Of a stretch of DNA of 64,000 nucleotides, positions 18,214 through 27,069 are shown piece after piece; within the stretch, counting starts at the first letter, position 1, and every line of letters starts with the position of its first letter. Under the pieces are notes generated by a model that had not been told where the DNA came from, did no database searches, and was given only the letters and a program-made list of their open reading frames with translations. Both the position numbers and the translations under genes were made by a program. The DNA comes from an uncultured Erysipelotrichaceae bacterium. GTDB taxonomy: Bacteria > Bacillota_I > Bacilli_A > RF39 > UBA660. Location of the stretch: the NCBI GenBank assembly GCA_902780585.1, contig CACZGA010000002.1, positions 126 through 64,125 on the forward strand, read 5' to 3'.

Positions 18214-20142
18214 CTAAATATCCAAATTTTCAACATAAGTAGCATTGGTTTCAATAAATTCACGACGAGGTTCTACCTCTTCACCCATTAATTTAGAAAA
18301 AACTTCATCCGCTGCCATAGCATCATCTACTGTAATCTGACGTAATATTCTAGACTTAATATCCATTGTAGTTTCACATAATTCTTCAGCATCCATTTCT
18401 CCTAAACCTTTCATACGAGTAATCTCATACTTAGTATTTTGGGATAAACCAGCTAAATATTCATCTCTTTCTTCTTCATTTAAAACATATTTTATTGTTT
18501 TACCATGTTTAATACAAAATAATGGAGGTTGAGCAGCATATACATGACCAGCCTCAACAATAGGTCTGAAAAAACGATAAAACAATGTTAATAGAAGGAC
18601 TCTAATATGACTACCATCAACATCAGCATCAGTCATGATAATTATTTTATGATATCTTAACTTAGATAAATCAAATTCTTCCCCTATTCCTGTACCAAAA
18701 GCAGTAATTATAGTACGAATTTCTTCATTACCTAAAGCTCTGTCTAATCTAGCTTTTTCAACATTCAATATTTTTCCTCTTAAAGGAAGAATTGCCTGTG
18801 TCATAGAATCTCTTCCTTTAATAGCAGATCCTCCAGCAGAATCCCCCTCGACTAAGAATATTTCTGAAATAGTCGCATCTTTACTCTTACAATCAGAAAG
18901 TTTTCCATAGAAATTAGTAACATCTAGGTCTCCCTTACGTCTAGTAAGCTCTCTAGCCTTTTTAGCCGCAACTCTAGCCCTACTAGCTGTCATTGATTTA
19001 TCAACAATAACTCTAGCTTGATCAGGATTTTCAAGTAAAAATCTTTCAAAAGACTCAGAAAATATTTTATCCGCAATACCACGAACCTCACTATTTCCTA
19101 GTTTTGTCTTTGTTTGTCCCTCAAATTGAGGATTAGGATGTTTAACAGAAATAATCATAGTAAGACCTTCTCTTACATCCTCACCAGTTAAAGAATCATC
19201 TTTTTCTTTTAATAAGTTATTATTTGTCGCATATTTATTAAGGATTCTAGTTAACGCTCTTCTTACTCCATCCTCATGAGTACCACCTTCAGGAGTAGTA
19301 ATATTATTAACAAAAGAATAAATACTCTCATTATAGGTTTCATTATATTGAAGAGCAACTTCTACTTTAATATCCTTTTCTTCACCCTCAACATCTACGA
19401 TAGTTTCATGTATAGGAGTTTTGCTCTTATTAAGCATTTCAACATATTCAACAAGACCACCCTCATAATGAAATGAATCTTTCTTATCAGCTTCTCTTTC
19501 ATCAAATAAGGATATTCTTAATCCTTTATTTAAAAATGCAAGTTCTTTTAAACGATTCTTTAAAATATCGTAATCATATACGGTAGTTTCTGTAAAAATA
19601 TCATCATCTGGTAAAAAATGAACACTAGTACCTGTTCTTTCTTTATCACATTTATCAATTATTTTTAATTCATCATCAGGATGTCCACCATGACTAAAAC
19701 GTTGATAATAAACATTGCCATTTTTATAAACCTTAACTTCAAGCCAATCACTTAAAGCATTAACAACACTAGCTCCAACACCATGTAGTCCTCCAGATAC
19801 TTTATATCCTCCACCACCAAATTTTCCACCAGCATGTAATACTGTATAAACAGTTTCCACAGTACTTTTACCAGTTTTAGGGTGAATATCTACAGGAATT
19901 CCTCTACCATCATCCTTAACAATAATACTATTATCCTTACAAATAGTTACCTCAATATGTTTACAATATCCAGCTAAAGCTTCATCAATAGCATTATCAA
20001 CAATTTCCCAAACTAAGTGATGTAGACCTCTAGAACTAGTAGTACCTATATACATACCAGGTCTTTTTCTAACAGCCTCTAATCCCTCTAATACTTGAAT
20101 TGCTGAAGAATCATATTTATTTAATACTTTTTCCTCTTCCAT
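18214..20142 (-). CDS. gyrB: DNA gyrase subunit B
   Basis: 642 aa. GHKL ATPase [15 protein letters not shown], Toprim [26 protein letters not shown]. Confidence 0.97.
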   Translation of the reverse strand: MEEEKVLNKYDSSAIQVLEGLEAVRKRPGMYIGTTSSRGLHHLVWEIVDNAIDEALAGYCKHIEVTICKDNSIIVKDDGRGIPVDIHPKTGKSTVETVYTVLHAGGKFGGGGYKVSGGLHGVGASVVNALSDWLEVKVYKNGNVYYQRFSHGGHPDDELKIIDKCDKERTGTSVHFLPDDDIFTETTVYDYDILKNRLKELAFLNKGLRISLFDEREADKKDSFHYEGGLVEYVEMLNKSKTPIHETIVDVEGEEKDIKVEVALQYNETYNESIYSFVNNITTPEGGTHEDGVRRALTRILNKYATNNNLLKEKDDSLTGEDVREGLTMIISVKHPNPQFEGQTKTKLGNSEVRGIADKIFSESFERFLLENPDQARVIVDKSMTASRARVAAKKARELTRRKGDLDVTNFYGKLSDCKSKDATISEIFLVEGDSAGGSAIKGRDSMTQAILPLRGKILNVEKARLDRALGNEEIRTIITAFGTGIGEEFDLSKLRYHKIIIMTDADVDGSHIRVLLLTLFYRFFRPIVEAGHVYAAQPPLFCIKHGKTIKYVLNEEERDEYLAGLSQNTKYEITRMKGLGEMDAEELCETTMDIKSRILRQITVDDAMAADEVFSKLMGEEVEPRREFIETNATYVENLDI

Positions 20143-20150
20143 TTTATTAC

Positions 20151-21263
20151 CTACTTTCTATCAATATTGCCATTTTTCACATGAAAAACATAAGCATTTT
20201 CAATATATTTCTTTTGTATATTCTTTAAATCTGTAGTAGTAATAATACTTTGTATTCCATTACTACTAATTTTCTTTAATAATTGATTTCTCTTTTTAAT
20301 ATCAAATTCACTAAATATATCATCTAATAATAGTACAGGTGAAGTACCACAATACTGATTAAATATAGGAATTTCAGATAATTTAAATGATAAAATTGCT
20401 AATCTTTGTTGTCCCTGAGATCCATAGTATTTTAAATCATAATTATTATATTCAAAATAGAAATCATCACGATGTGGTCCATATAAAGTCATACCATAGT
20501 TAAGTTCTTTCATATAATTCTTTTTAAATAAATGTTTTAATCTTTTTCTAAGAGATTCATAATCATACTGTTCAATATCAATATTAGGAACATATTTAAC
20601 TACAATCCCTTTATCTTTGGATATATCAAAATAATTAGAATCAATATTTTCATTAATCATTTCAATATATTCATGTCTTTTTTGATAAATAAAAATAGCT
20701 TTTTCTATTAATTTATCAGTAATAATATCCAAATAACTCTTATCTGCAATATTATTATTAAATAAAACCTTTAAATACTCATTTCTTATTTTAAGTAATT
20801 TATTATATTCATTATAGTTATGTAAATATTCCTTAGATATTTGTGACAATTGAATATTAAGTAAATTTCTCCTCACTGAAGGAGATCCTTTAACAATCTC
20901 TAAATCATCAGGAGTAAATACAATGATATTTAAATAAGATATATAATCAGCTACTTTTCTTATTTCAGTTTTATTAACAAATAATTTTTTATTGTCTTCA
21001 GTAAGTTCTATTTCCAATTTTGAAATAATTTTATCTTTTTTTACCGAACCATTAAGTTTGCACTTTTTCTTATTAAATTGAATAACATTAGGATTAACAC
21101 CTATTCTATGTGATTTTGTAAGTGCCAAAAAAGTTATTCCTTCTAATATATTAGTCTTTCCTTGTGCATTATCCCCCACAAATATATTCATACCATCTCG
21201 AAATGAAATAGAAACATTCGAATAATTTCTGAAACCAACCAAAGAAATTTTACTAATTATCAT
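20151..21263 (-). CDS. recF: DNA replication/repair protein RecF
   Basis: Walker [15 protein letters not shown] and Walker [12 protein letters not shown]; 370 aa. Confidence 0.93.
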   Translation of the reverse strand: MIISKISLVGFRNYSNVSISFRDGMNIFVGDNAQGKTNILEGITFLALTKSHRIGVNPNVIQFNKKKCKLNGSVKKDKIISKLEIELTEDNKKLFVNKTEIRKVADYISYLNIIVFTPDDLEIVKGSPSVRRNLLNIQLSQISKEYLHNYNEYNKLLKIRNEYLKVLFNNNIADKSYLDIITDKLIEKAIFIYQKRHEYIEMINENIDSNYFDISKDKGIVVKYVPNIDIEQYDYESLRKRLKHLFKKNYMKELNYGMTLYGPHRDDFYFEYNNYDLKYYGSQGQQRLAILSFKLSEIPIFNQYCGTSPVLLLDDIFSEFDIKKRNQLLKKISSNGIQSIITTTDLKNIQKKYIENAYVFHVKNGNIDRK

Positions 21264-21331
21264 TTTAACCCGTTTAAAAGACTCATATAATCACCTATCC
21301 CCTAACACAGTATCTCTATACACACAAACCT

Positions 21332-21340
21332 ATTATACCA
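21332..21340 (-). promoter_or_regulatory. extended -10 promoter element for recF-gyrBA
   Basis: Minus strand reads TGGTATAAT (TGnTATAAT), 68 nt upstream of the recF ATG and downstream of the comK-like terminator hairpin. Confidence 0.5.
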
Positions 21341-21357
21341 CAAATGGCCCTAAAAAG

Positions 21358-21388
21358 CACAAAAAAATAGTTAAAATTAACTATTTTT
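21358..21388 (-). terminator. hairpin plus U-tract overlapping the comK-like stop codon
   Basis: Minus strand reads AAAAAUAGUUAA-UUUU-AACUAU followed by U6-7. AT-rich 7-bp stem, so only moderate confidence. Confidence 0.5.
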
Positions 21389-21823
21389 ATGATTTCTCAG
21401 AATCAAATCTAACCTAGATGCTCTAGATAATTGATTTTCCATAGTACGATAAGAACAATTAACTATAATTTCTCTATTATTATCAAAAATAACCTTAGTA
21501 TTATCATATTCTACTCTTTCAATTTTCTTTACTCTTTTTAAAGAAATCCATACACAATCATCAGCTAAAGGCGATGTTGTAGGAAAAACAATTAAATTAT
21601 TCTCATCCTCAACTACAATAGGTACTTTATATTCAGCCCCTAAAATATCTCTAGCTCCATTTTTCCTTCCTTCATAAGTACTACCAAAGTACTTACAACT
21701 ATCCTCCATAATTTTAAAAGGTCTTTCTGAAATAATATAATTTGTTTCATCTTCATATACTATACTAGAATCTCCTTCATTAGGTACAATTGCTAAAGTA
21801 CCCCTACTAATTTCATAATTCAT
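21377..21823 (-). CDS. comK: ComK-family competence transcription factor homologue (short, 148 aa)
   Basis: Aligns by eye along B. subtilis ComK. YEISRGTLAIVPNE matches YEVNGATIAVLPEE. SCKYFGSTYEGRKNG matches SCRFFGSSYAGRKAG. KVPIVVE..LIVFPTTSP..CVWIS matches KPPIMVD..FLFPTLSS..CGWIS. SYRTMENQ matches SYNSFENQ. Strong GGGGGA SD. Confidence 0.8.
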   Translation of the reverse strand: MNYEISRGTLAIVPNEGDSSIVYEDETNYIISERPFKIMEDSCKYFGSTYEGRKNGARDILGAEYKVPIVVEDENNLIVFPTTSPLADDCVWISLKRVKKIERVEYDNTKVIFDNNREIIVNCSYRTMENQLSRASRLDLILRNHKNS

Positions 21824-21880
21824 ATTAATCCCCCTCTGAAAGCTATATACAGGCTTTCACCTAATTTATAACACACTACT

Positions 21881-21910
21881 TTGTCGAAATTTGTCGAATT
21901 ATGTCGAATA
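21881..21910. promoter_or_regulatory. three direct 10-bp-phased repeats (TGTCGAA core) over the -35 region of the comK-like gene
   Basis: TTGTCGAAAT / TTGTCGAATT / ATGTCGAATA, with cores at 21882, 21892 and 21902. Candidate extended -10 (minus strand TGTTATAAA) at 21873-21865. Confidence 0.55.
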
Positions 21911-21923
21911 ATAAATTTTATCC

Positions 21924-21951
21924 ACAAAAAAAGTGAATAACTATTCACTTT
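21924..21951 (-). terminator. rho-independent terminator after dnaN
   Basis: Minus strand reads AGUGAAUA-GU-UAUUCACU followed by U7, starting 3 nt after the dnaN stop. Confidence 0.75.
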
Positions 21952-21953
21952 AA

Positions 21954-23081
21954 TTAATAAGTTCTTATTGGTAAAACTAATTGAGTTAAACTATCATCTT
22001 CACTAGATTTAATCAATATAGGCTTAATTTCTCCCACAAAATGAAGATCAATCATCTCCGTAGAAAAACTCTTTAAAGCCTCCATCATATACTTAGCACT
22101 AAATGAAATCTTTATATCTTCACTATTATTCTTTTGAATAGCCATTTTTTCCTCAACTCTACCTATTTCAGCAGAACTACTCTTTAATATTAATGTATTA
22201 CCACTAGTTTCTAATGTAACAATATTCTTTTCTTTATCACTAGTTAAAATACTAACACGATCAATTACATTATATAAATCATTTAAGTTAGTACTAATAA
22301 CCATCATTGAATCCTCAGGTAATAAATTAGAAGTATTAGGATAAGTACCATTAATTAATCTAGATTCAAACTTTAAATTTCCAGTCTTAAATAATATTTT
22401 ATTACTAAAGACATGTAATTCAACAATCTCCTCATCACTACCTAATATTTTAGTAAACTCTAATAAATTATGACTAGGAATAACTATATTATAGTTTTCT
22501 TCACTAGATTTATCTAAATGAATAACTTTTCTAGCTAAACGATAAGAATCTGTAGAATTACATTCTAATATATCCCCTACTATATTAAAGTTAATACCTG
22601 TTAATACTGGTTTACTTTCTTCATTAGAAGAAGCAAAGGCTGTTTGATAAACAATATTTTTTAAAGTACCAGCTGTAACATCAATCTTCTTTTTACTTTC
22701 TTCTAAACCAATATTAGGATATTCACTCTCACTAATACCATTTAAATTAAACTCACTATTATCAGTATAAATAAGTATTTTTAAATCATCTATAACTTCT
22801 ATATTAATAAACTCTTCAGGTAATTTACGAACTATATCTAATATATACTTACCTTGAATAATAATACTACCTTCATTCTCTATTTTAAAATCTTCATCAT
22901 TAGTAGCTTCTATAGTAGTTTGAATAGTAATATCATTATCACTAGCTGTTAATACTAATTTCTTTTTCTTTAATTCAAATTTAACTCCTGCTAAAACTGG
23001 GATTAAGTTCTTAGTAGATATAGCTTTTGATACTTTACTTAAAGCATCTAATAATAATTCTTTCTTTATTGAAAATTTCAT
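21954..23081 (-). CDS. dnaN: DNA polymerase III subunit beta (sliding clamp)
   Basis: 375 aa. Three-domain clamp pattern. N-terminus MKFSIKKELLLDALSKVSKAIS, C-terminus LVLPIRTY. dnaA-dnaN synteny. Confidence 0.95.
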   Translation of the reverse strand: MKFSIKKELLLDALSKVSKAISTKNLIPVLAGVKFELKKKKLVLTASDNDITIQTTIEATNDEDFKIENEGSIIIQGKYILDIVRKLPEEFINIEVIDDLKILIYTDNSEFNLNGISESEYPNIGLEESKKKIDVTAGTLKNIVYQTAFASSNEESKPVLTGINFNIVGDILECNSTDSYRLARKVIHLDKSSEENYNIVIPSHNLLEFTKILGSDEEIVELHVFSNKILFKTGNLKFESRLINGTYPNTSNLLPEDSMMVISTNLNDLYNVIDRVSILTSDKEKNIVTLETSGNTLILKSSSAEIGRVEEKMAIQKNNSEDIKISFSAKYMMEALKSFSTEMIDLHFVGEIKPILIKSSEDDSLTQLVLPIRTY

Positions 23082-23214
23082 TTATAATTCCTTCTTTCTT
23101 TTATATATATTTCTATTATTACTGTGGAAAAAGTTAATATTTAGCATTTTCCCTTTAAAATCAATATATTTTTACCACTTTTCTTGTGGAAAAAATCTTT
23201 AAAATCTCCTATTT
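23082..23214. other. oriC part 2 (dnaA-dnaN spacer): two DnaA boxes plus an AT-rich candidate unwinding element
   Basis: TGTGGAAAA at 23123-23131 and 23185-23193 (TTTTCCACA on the gene strand, one mismatch to TTATCCACA). An adjacent 20-bp tract at 23101-23120 is 19/20 A/T. The gene strand reads box-G-TAA-TAA-TAG (DnaA-trio-like). Confidence 0.6.
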
Positions 23215-24597
23215 TTAAACAACCCCTATATCTTTTTTTAATTTTTCTACTATATTTGCTAAATCTTTATTAGTTTTAATTTCATTTTCTATCTTTTCAA
23301 CTGAATGCATTACCGTAGAATGATCTTTTCCCCCAAATTCTGTTCCTATCTTTGGAAAAGATTCTGAAGTCATTGCCCTACACAAGTACATAGCAATTTG
23401 TCTAGGAAAGGAAATATTAGAACTTCTCTTTTTGCTCCGAATATCCTCCATTGATATTTGAAAGTATTCAGAAACAATCTTTTGTATTCTTTGAATATCG
23501 TTCTTTTCCCCTATTCCTTTACTTATAAAGTCTTTTAGGGCTTCAATAGCTAAATCTAAAGTTATAGCTTCTCCTCCCATTATAGCAGAATAAGCAAGTA
23601 ATCTAGTAACCGATCCTTCTAATTGCCTTACATCTGGTCCTATATTAGATGCTATATATTCAATAACATCATCAGGTATATCCTGTTCAAAATTACCTGC
23701 AATAATCTTTTTCTTTAATATTTCAGTTTTTAAAGCATATTCTGGTGGATAAATATTAACTGTTAGTCCCCAAGTAAATCTAGTTCTAAGCCTATCTTCC
23801 AGTAGTTTTAAATCAGTTGGGGATCGGTCTGATGATATAATTATTTGCTTACTATCATTATATAAATTGTTAAAGGTGTGGAAAAATTCTTCTTGGCTTT
23901 TTCCAGCTCCTCCTAAAAACTGTATATCATCAATTAATAAGACATCTATGTTTCTATACTTATTTTTAAAGAAGTCTATATAGTTAAAATTAGTACCACT
24001 ATCATCTTTTCTATTAGCTTTAACAAAATCTTGTCGAAACTGTTCACTTGTAACATAGAGTACTCTTTTATTAGTATTTTCAACAATATAATTACCAATA
24101 GCATGCATTAAATGCGTCTTCCCTAACCCACTATTTCCATATAGGAATAAAGGATTATACATGTGTCCTGGATTTTCAGCAACACTTAATGCCGCCGCAT
24201 GAGCAAATTTATTACTATTACCAACAATAAAATTATCAAATAAATACTTAGGATTCAAATTATTATTAACATTTTCATTTTCTTTAAATCCTATATTTTC
24301 ATTAGTAGAAGTTTTTACTTCTTGTTTTTTCTTTTCTTCCTCTTCAACAATTTCTTCATTTAGTAATAGTATTAATTCATAAGAAGTATTAGTAATTTCT
24401 TGTAATTTTGAAATAATTAATTCTGAATAATTATCAATTAAATGTTTTTTATGTATTTGCATCGGTACTATAATATAAGCTTTCTCATTCTCAAACTTAT
24501 ATAACTTAGTATCTTGAAACCATGTAATATAAGAGATAGATGATAAATCATTTTTTATTTGCTCTAATACTTTTGACCATACAATGTCATAATTCAT
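23215..24597 (-). CDS. dnaA: chromosomal replication initiator protein DnaA
   Basis: AAA+ GNSGLGKTHLMHAIG, LLIDDIQFL, and C-terminal DNA-binding domain GGKDHSTVMHS. Start set at ATG 24597 (GGGGAGATGG SD) instead of ORF-track TTG 24615. Confidence 0.96.
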   Translation of the reverse strand: MNYDIVWSKVLEQIKNDLSSISYITWFQDTKLYKFENEKAYIIVPMQIHKKHLIDNYSELIISKLQEITNTSYELILLLNEEIVEEEEKKKQEVKTSTNENIGFKENENVNNNLNPKYLFDNFIVGNSNKFAHAAALSVAENPGHMYNPLFLYGNSGLGKTHLMHAIGNYIVENTNKRVLYVTSEQFRQDFVKANRKDDSGTNFNYIDFFKNKYRNIDVLLIDDIQFLGGAGKSQEEFFHTFNNLYNDSKQIIISSDRSPTDLKLLEDRLRTRFTWGLTVNIYPPEYALKTEILKKKIIAGNFEQDIPDDVIEYIASNIGPDVRQLEGSVTRLLAYSAIMGGEAITLDLAIEALKDFISKGIGEKNDIQRIQKIVSEYFQISMEDIRSKKRSSNISFPRQIAMYLCRAMTSESFPKIGTEFGGKDHSTVMHSVEKIENEIKTNKDLANIVEKLKKDIGVV

Positions 24598-24615
24598 GCA
24601 ACCATCTCCCCACAA

Positions 24616-24930
24616 GATTCATTTAATAAAAATTATTCTACACGAGTTCACTCAAAAAAGGAACTCTTTTCTTCATAATTTTTTTTTATAAAGAATAAGC
24701 CCCATTTTCCACAAAATATTCTACCTAAAAAGAGGAAAAAAATATAGTAAAAATAACAAATAATATTATAAACATCTAATCCACAATATTATCCACATCA
24801 TAATTTCTTTTAAATATATAATAATAATGAGTTTTCCACATTTTCCACAGATTTTTGTTAACATACATACTAATTAATAATCAACAGACCTGTGGAAATT
24901 GTTAATAAAAATAGAAATCTTAAGTTTTCA
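24616..24930. other. oriC part 1 (dnaA-upstream DnaA-box cluster)
   Basis: Boxes: TTTTCCACA 24705-24713, TAATCCACA 24777-24785, TTATCCACA (perfect) 24789-24797, abutting TTTTCCACA at 24832-24840 and 24841-24849, and inverted TGTGGAAAT at 24891-24899. The strand switch of all flanking genes occurs here. Confidence 0.8.
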
Positions 24931-24960
24931 TTGACAAAATAACAATATTATTATTATAAT
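24931..24960 (+). promoter_or_regulatory. sigma-A-type promoter of rpmH
   Basis: TTGACA (24931-24936), 18-bp spacer, TATAAT (24955-24960). GGAGGTGG SD before ATG 24991. Confidence 0.6.
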
Positions 24961-24990
24961 AATGTAGATTTATGTCTGGAGGTGGAACGA

Positions 24991-25113
24991 ATGAAAAGAA
25001 CATATCAACCAAACAATAGAAAAAAAGCAAAAAGATTAGGCTTTTTTGCTCGTAAGAAAACTAATGTATTGAATCGTCGTCGTCGTAAAGGACGTAAAAG
25101 TCTTTGTAAATAA
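24991..25113 (+). CDS. rpmH: 50S ribosomal protein L34
   Basis: Own translation: [40 protein letters not shown] (40 aa). Too short for the ORF track. Classic MKRT.QP..RKR N-terminus, upstream of rnpA. Confidence 0.9.
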   Translation: MKRTYQPNNRKKAKRLGFFARKKTNVLNRRRRKGRKSLCK

Positions 25114-25116
25114 AAC

Positions 25117-25140
25117 ACCGCTGCTAAACAGTGGTTTTTT
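25117..25140 (+). terminator. hairpin plus U6 between rpmH and rnpA (terminator/attenuator)
   Basis: ACCGCUG-CUAAA-CAGUGGU (7 bp including one G-U pair) followed by UUUUU. Confidence 0.45.
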
Positions 25141-25159
25141 ACTATAAGGGAATGGTAGT

Positions 25160-25510
25160 ATGAGAAAACTATATATTGTAAAAACTAATAAAGATTTTGA
25201 AAATATTATAATAAATGGAACCTGTCTAAAAAATAGGTATTATATAATTCATCATATACCTAATAATCTTCCATATGATCGTTTTGGAATATCTGTTAGT
25301 AAGAAGTTAGGTAATTCTGTTTTTCGTAATAATTATAAGAGAAAAATAAGATCCATTATAGATAATTATAAAAAACACTATAATAATAAAGAAGATTATA
25401 TTATAATATTAAGGAAAGAAGCAATTAATAAACCTTACGACTTACTTGAAAAAGAAATGTTTTCTTTATTAAATGAAAAGAAGAAAGGAACAAACGATGA
25501 AAAAGAATAA
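25160..25510 (+). CDS. rnpA: ribonuclease P protein component
   Basis: 116 aa, basic. RFGISVSKKLGNSVFRNNYKRKIR motif. rpmH-rnpA-yidC synteny. Confidence 0.9.
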   Translation: MRKLYIVKTNKDFENIIINGTCLKNRYYIIHHIPNNLPYDRFGISVSKKLGNSVFRNNYKRKIRSIIDNYKKHYNNKEDYIIILRKEAINKPYDLLEKEMFSLLNEKKKGTNDEKE

Positions 25511-26426
25511 AATTAAATTAGTAATAATACTTGTTTTATTATTACTAACAACAGGTTGTGCTAAAGCTCTAACCGATAGTAATAATAAAGCTGTAAAAAA
25601 TGAAAAAACTGGGCAAACATTAATGTCTAATATATTATGTAAGCCAACAAACCCAGATACTACAAAGATTTATGAAGAATATAAAGTTGATCTTAGTAAA
25701 CTACCAGAATGTTCAAAATTTAAAGTTACTTCTGGAAAATATGAAGGTCTATGGAATACATTTTTTGTAAAACCATTAGCCTTTGTCTTATTAAAACTAG
25801 GACAACTAGTAAATAATTATGGTTTATCTGTTATTATTATAAGTTTATTAATAAGATTTGTAGCCTACCCTATTACTAAAAAAACAGCTCTTCAATCAGA
25901 ATTGATGAAAAAAGCTCAACCTGAATTAAATAGAATTCAAAAAAAATATGAAAACAAAAAAGATACTGACTCTATGATGAAACAAAATCAAGAAATGATG
26001 GCTGTATACCAAAAATATAAAATAAACCCTATGTCAGGTTGCTTATTTGCTTTCATACAATTACCTATCTTTATTGCTTTCTTTGAAGCTGTACAAAGAA
26101 CTCCAGTAATATTTGAAGATAAGTTTTTGGGATTACAATTAGGAACTACTCCATCAGTTGGAATTACAAGCCCTACTCTTTATGCTTATTTATTATTAAT
26201 GATATTAATCGCTGGAACTACATTCTTCTCATTTAAGATGAATTCAACTGGTAATATGGAAGATCCTACTATGAAAATGATGCCAACTATGATGTCAATA
26301 ATGATAGTAGTAACTGCCCTATTCATGCCAACAGGCTTAGGAATATATTGGGTTACTTCTAACATATTTACTATAATTCAAAATACACTAGTGAAAAGGA
26401 GTAAAGAAATAAATGGAAAAGCATAG
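25497..26426 (+). CDS. yidC: membrane protein insertase YidC/SpoIIIJ (lipoprotein type)
   Basis: Signal peptide with lipobox LLTTGC. YidC/Oxa1 core (NPMSGCLFAFIQLPIFIAFF, GLGIYWVTSN). Start set at ATG 25497 (AAGGAA SD). Confidence 0.9.
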   Translation: MKKNKIKLVIILVLLLLTTGCAKALTDSNNKAVKNEKTGQTLMSNILCKPTNPDTTKIYEEYKVDLSKLPECSKFKVTSGKYEGLWNTFFVKPLAFVLLKLGQLVNNYGLSVIIISLLIRFVAYPITKKTALQSELMKKAQPELNRIQKKYENKKDTDSMMKQNQEMMAVYQKYKINPMSGCLFAFIQLPIFIAFFEAVQRTPVIFEDKFLGLQLGTTPSVGITSPTLYAYLLLMILIAGTTFFSFKMNSTGNMEDPTMKMMPTMMSIMIVVTALFMPTGLGIYWVTSNIFTIIQNTLVKRSKEINGKA

Positions 26427-27027
26427 ATACATTGGAAAAACAAAAGAAGAAGCAATTAATAATGCTAAAGAAGAATTACAAGAGGTTGAAGAAAATCTTT
26501 TTATCAAAGAATTAGAAACTACTAAAGGTGGCTTATTTAAAAGCAAAAAAGTAGAAATTGAAGTAATTGAAAAAAGAGAAGTAGTAAAAGATATTAAAGA
26601 GTACTTAATTAAATTATTAAAAAACATGGGATACTCAGTAAATATTGAAGTAAAAAATAAAGAAGAAGTACCTAAATATATAATATTTTCAGATAATGAT
26701 GCTCTTTTAATAGGAAAGAATGGTAAGAATTTAAAAGCTCTATCAACAGTAGTAAGCCAATATCTAAATACTGAATTAGGTAGAAATTATAAATTTGTTA
26801 TTGATGTTAATGAATACAAAGAAAAAAGAGAACATTCCTTAGAAAGATTAGCTAAGAGAGTTGCTCGTGAGGTTGCTACTACTAAAATAGAAGTAAAATT
26901 AGATTCAATGAATTCATATGAAAGAAGAATAATACACAACGTTTTAACAAACAACAAGAAAGTATATACAGAAAGTGAAGGCGAAGAACCAAATCGTTGT
27001 GTAGTAATTAAACCAAAGGAAGATTAA
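26413..27027 (+). CDS. jag: RNA-binding protein Jag/KhpB (Jag-N, KH, R3H)
   Basis: 204 aa. R3H block SMNSYERRIIHNVL. Follows yidC. Confidence 0.88.
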   Translation: MEKHRYIGKTKEEAINNAKEELQEVEENLFIKELETTKGGLFKSKKVEIEVIEKREVVKDIKEYLIKLLKNMGYSVNIEVKNKEEVPKYIIFSDNDALLIGKNGKNLKALSTVVSQYLNTELGRNYKFVIDVNEYKEKREHSLERLAKRVAREVATTKIEVKLDSMNSYERRIIHNVLTNNKKVYTESEGEEPNRCVVIKPKED

Positions 27028-27069
27028 TATCTTCTTTTTTTGTTATATAATAAGTAAGGAGTGATAAAA

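Noticed and set aside
23215-24615. N-terminal extensions implied by the ORF-track starts (dnaA TTG 24615, tatD 2045, ricT 10828, holB 11684, tadA 14790, yidC 25473, mnmG 28959, parB 33768, mscS 34666, DUF951 35438, T4CP 37807, prfA 53978, mreB 59229 and others)
   Set aside because: In each case an internal ATG preceded by a good SD gives the canonical family N-terminus and removes long overlaps with the upstream gene. The extensions come from taking the longest ORF.
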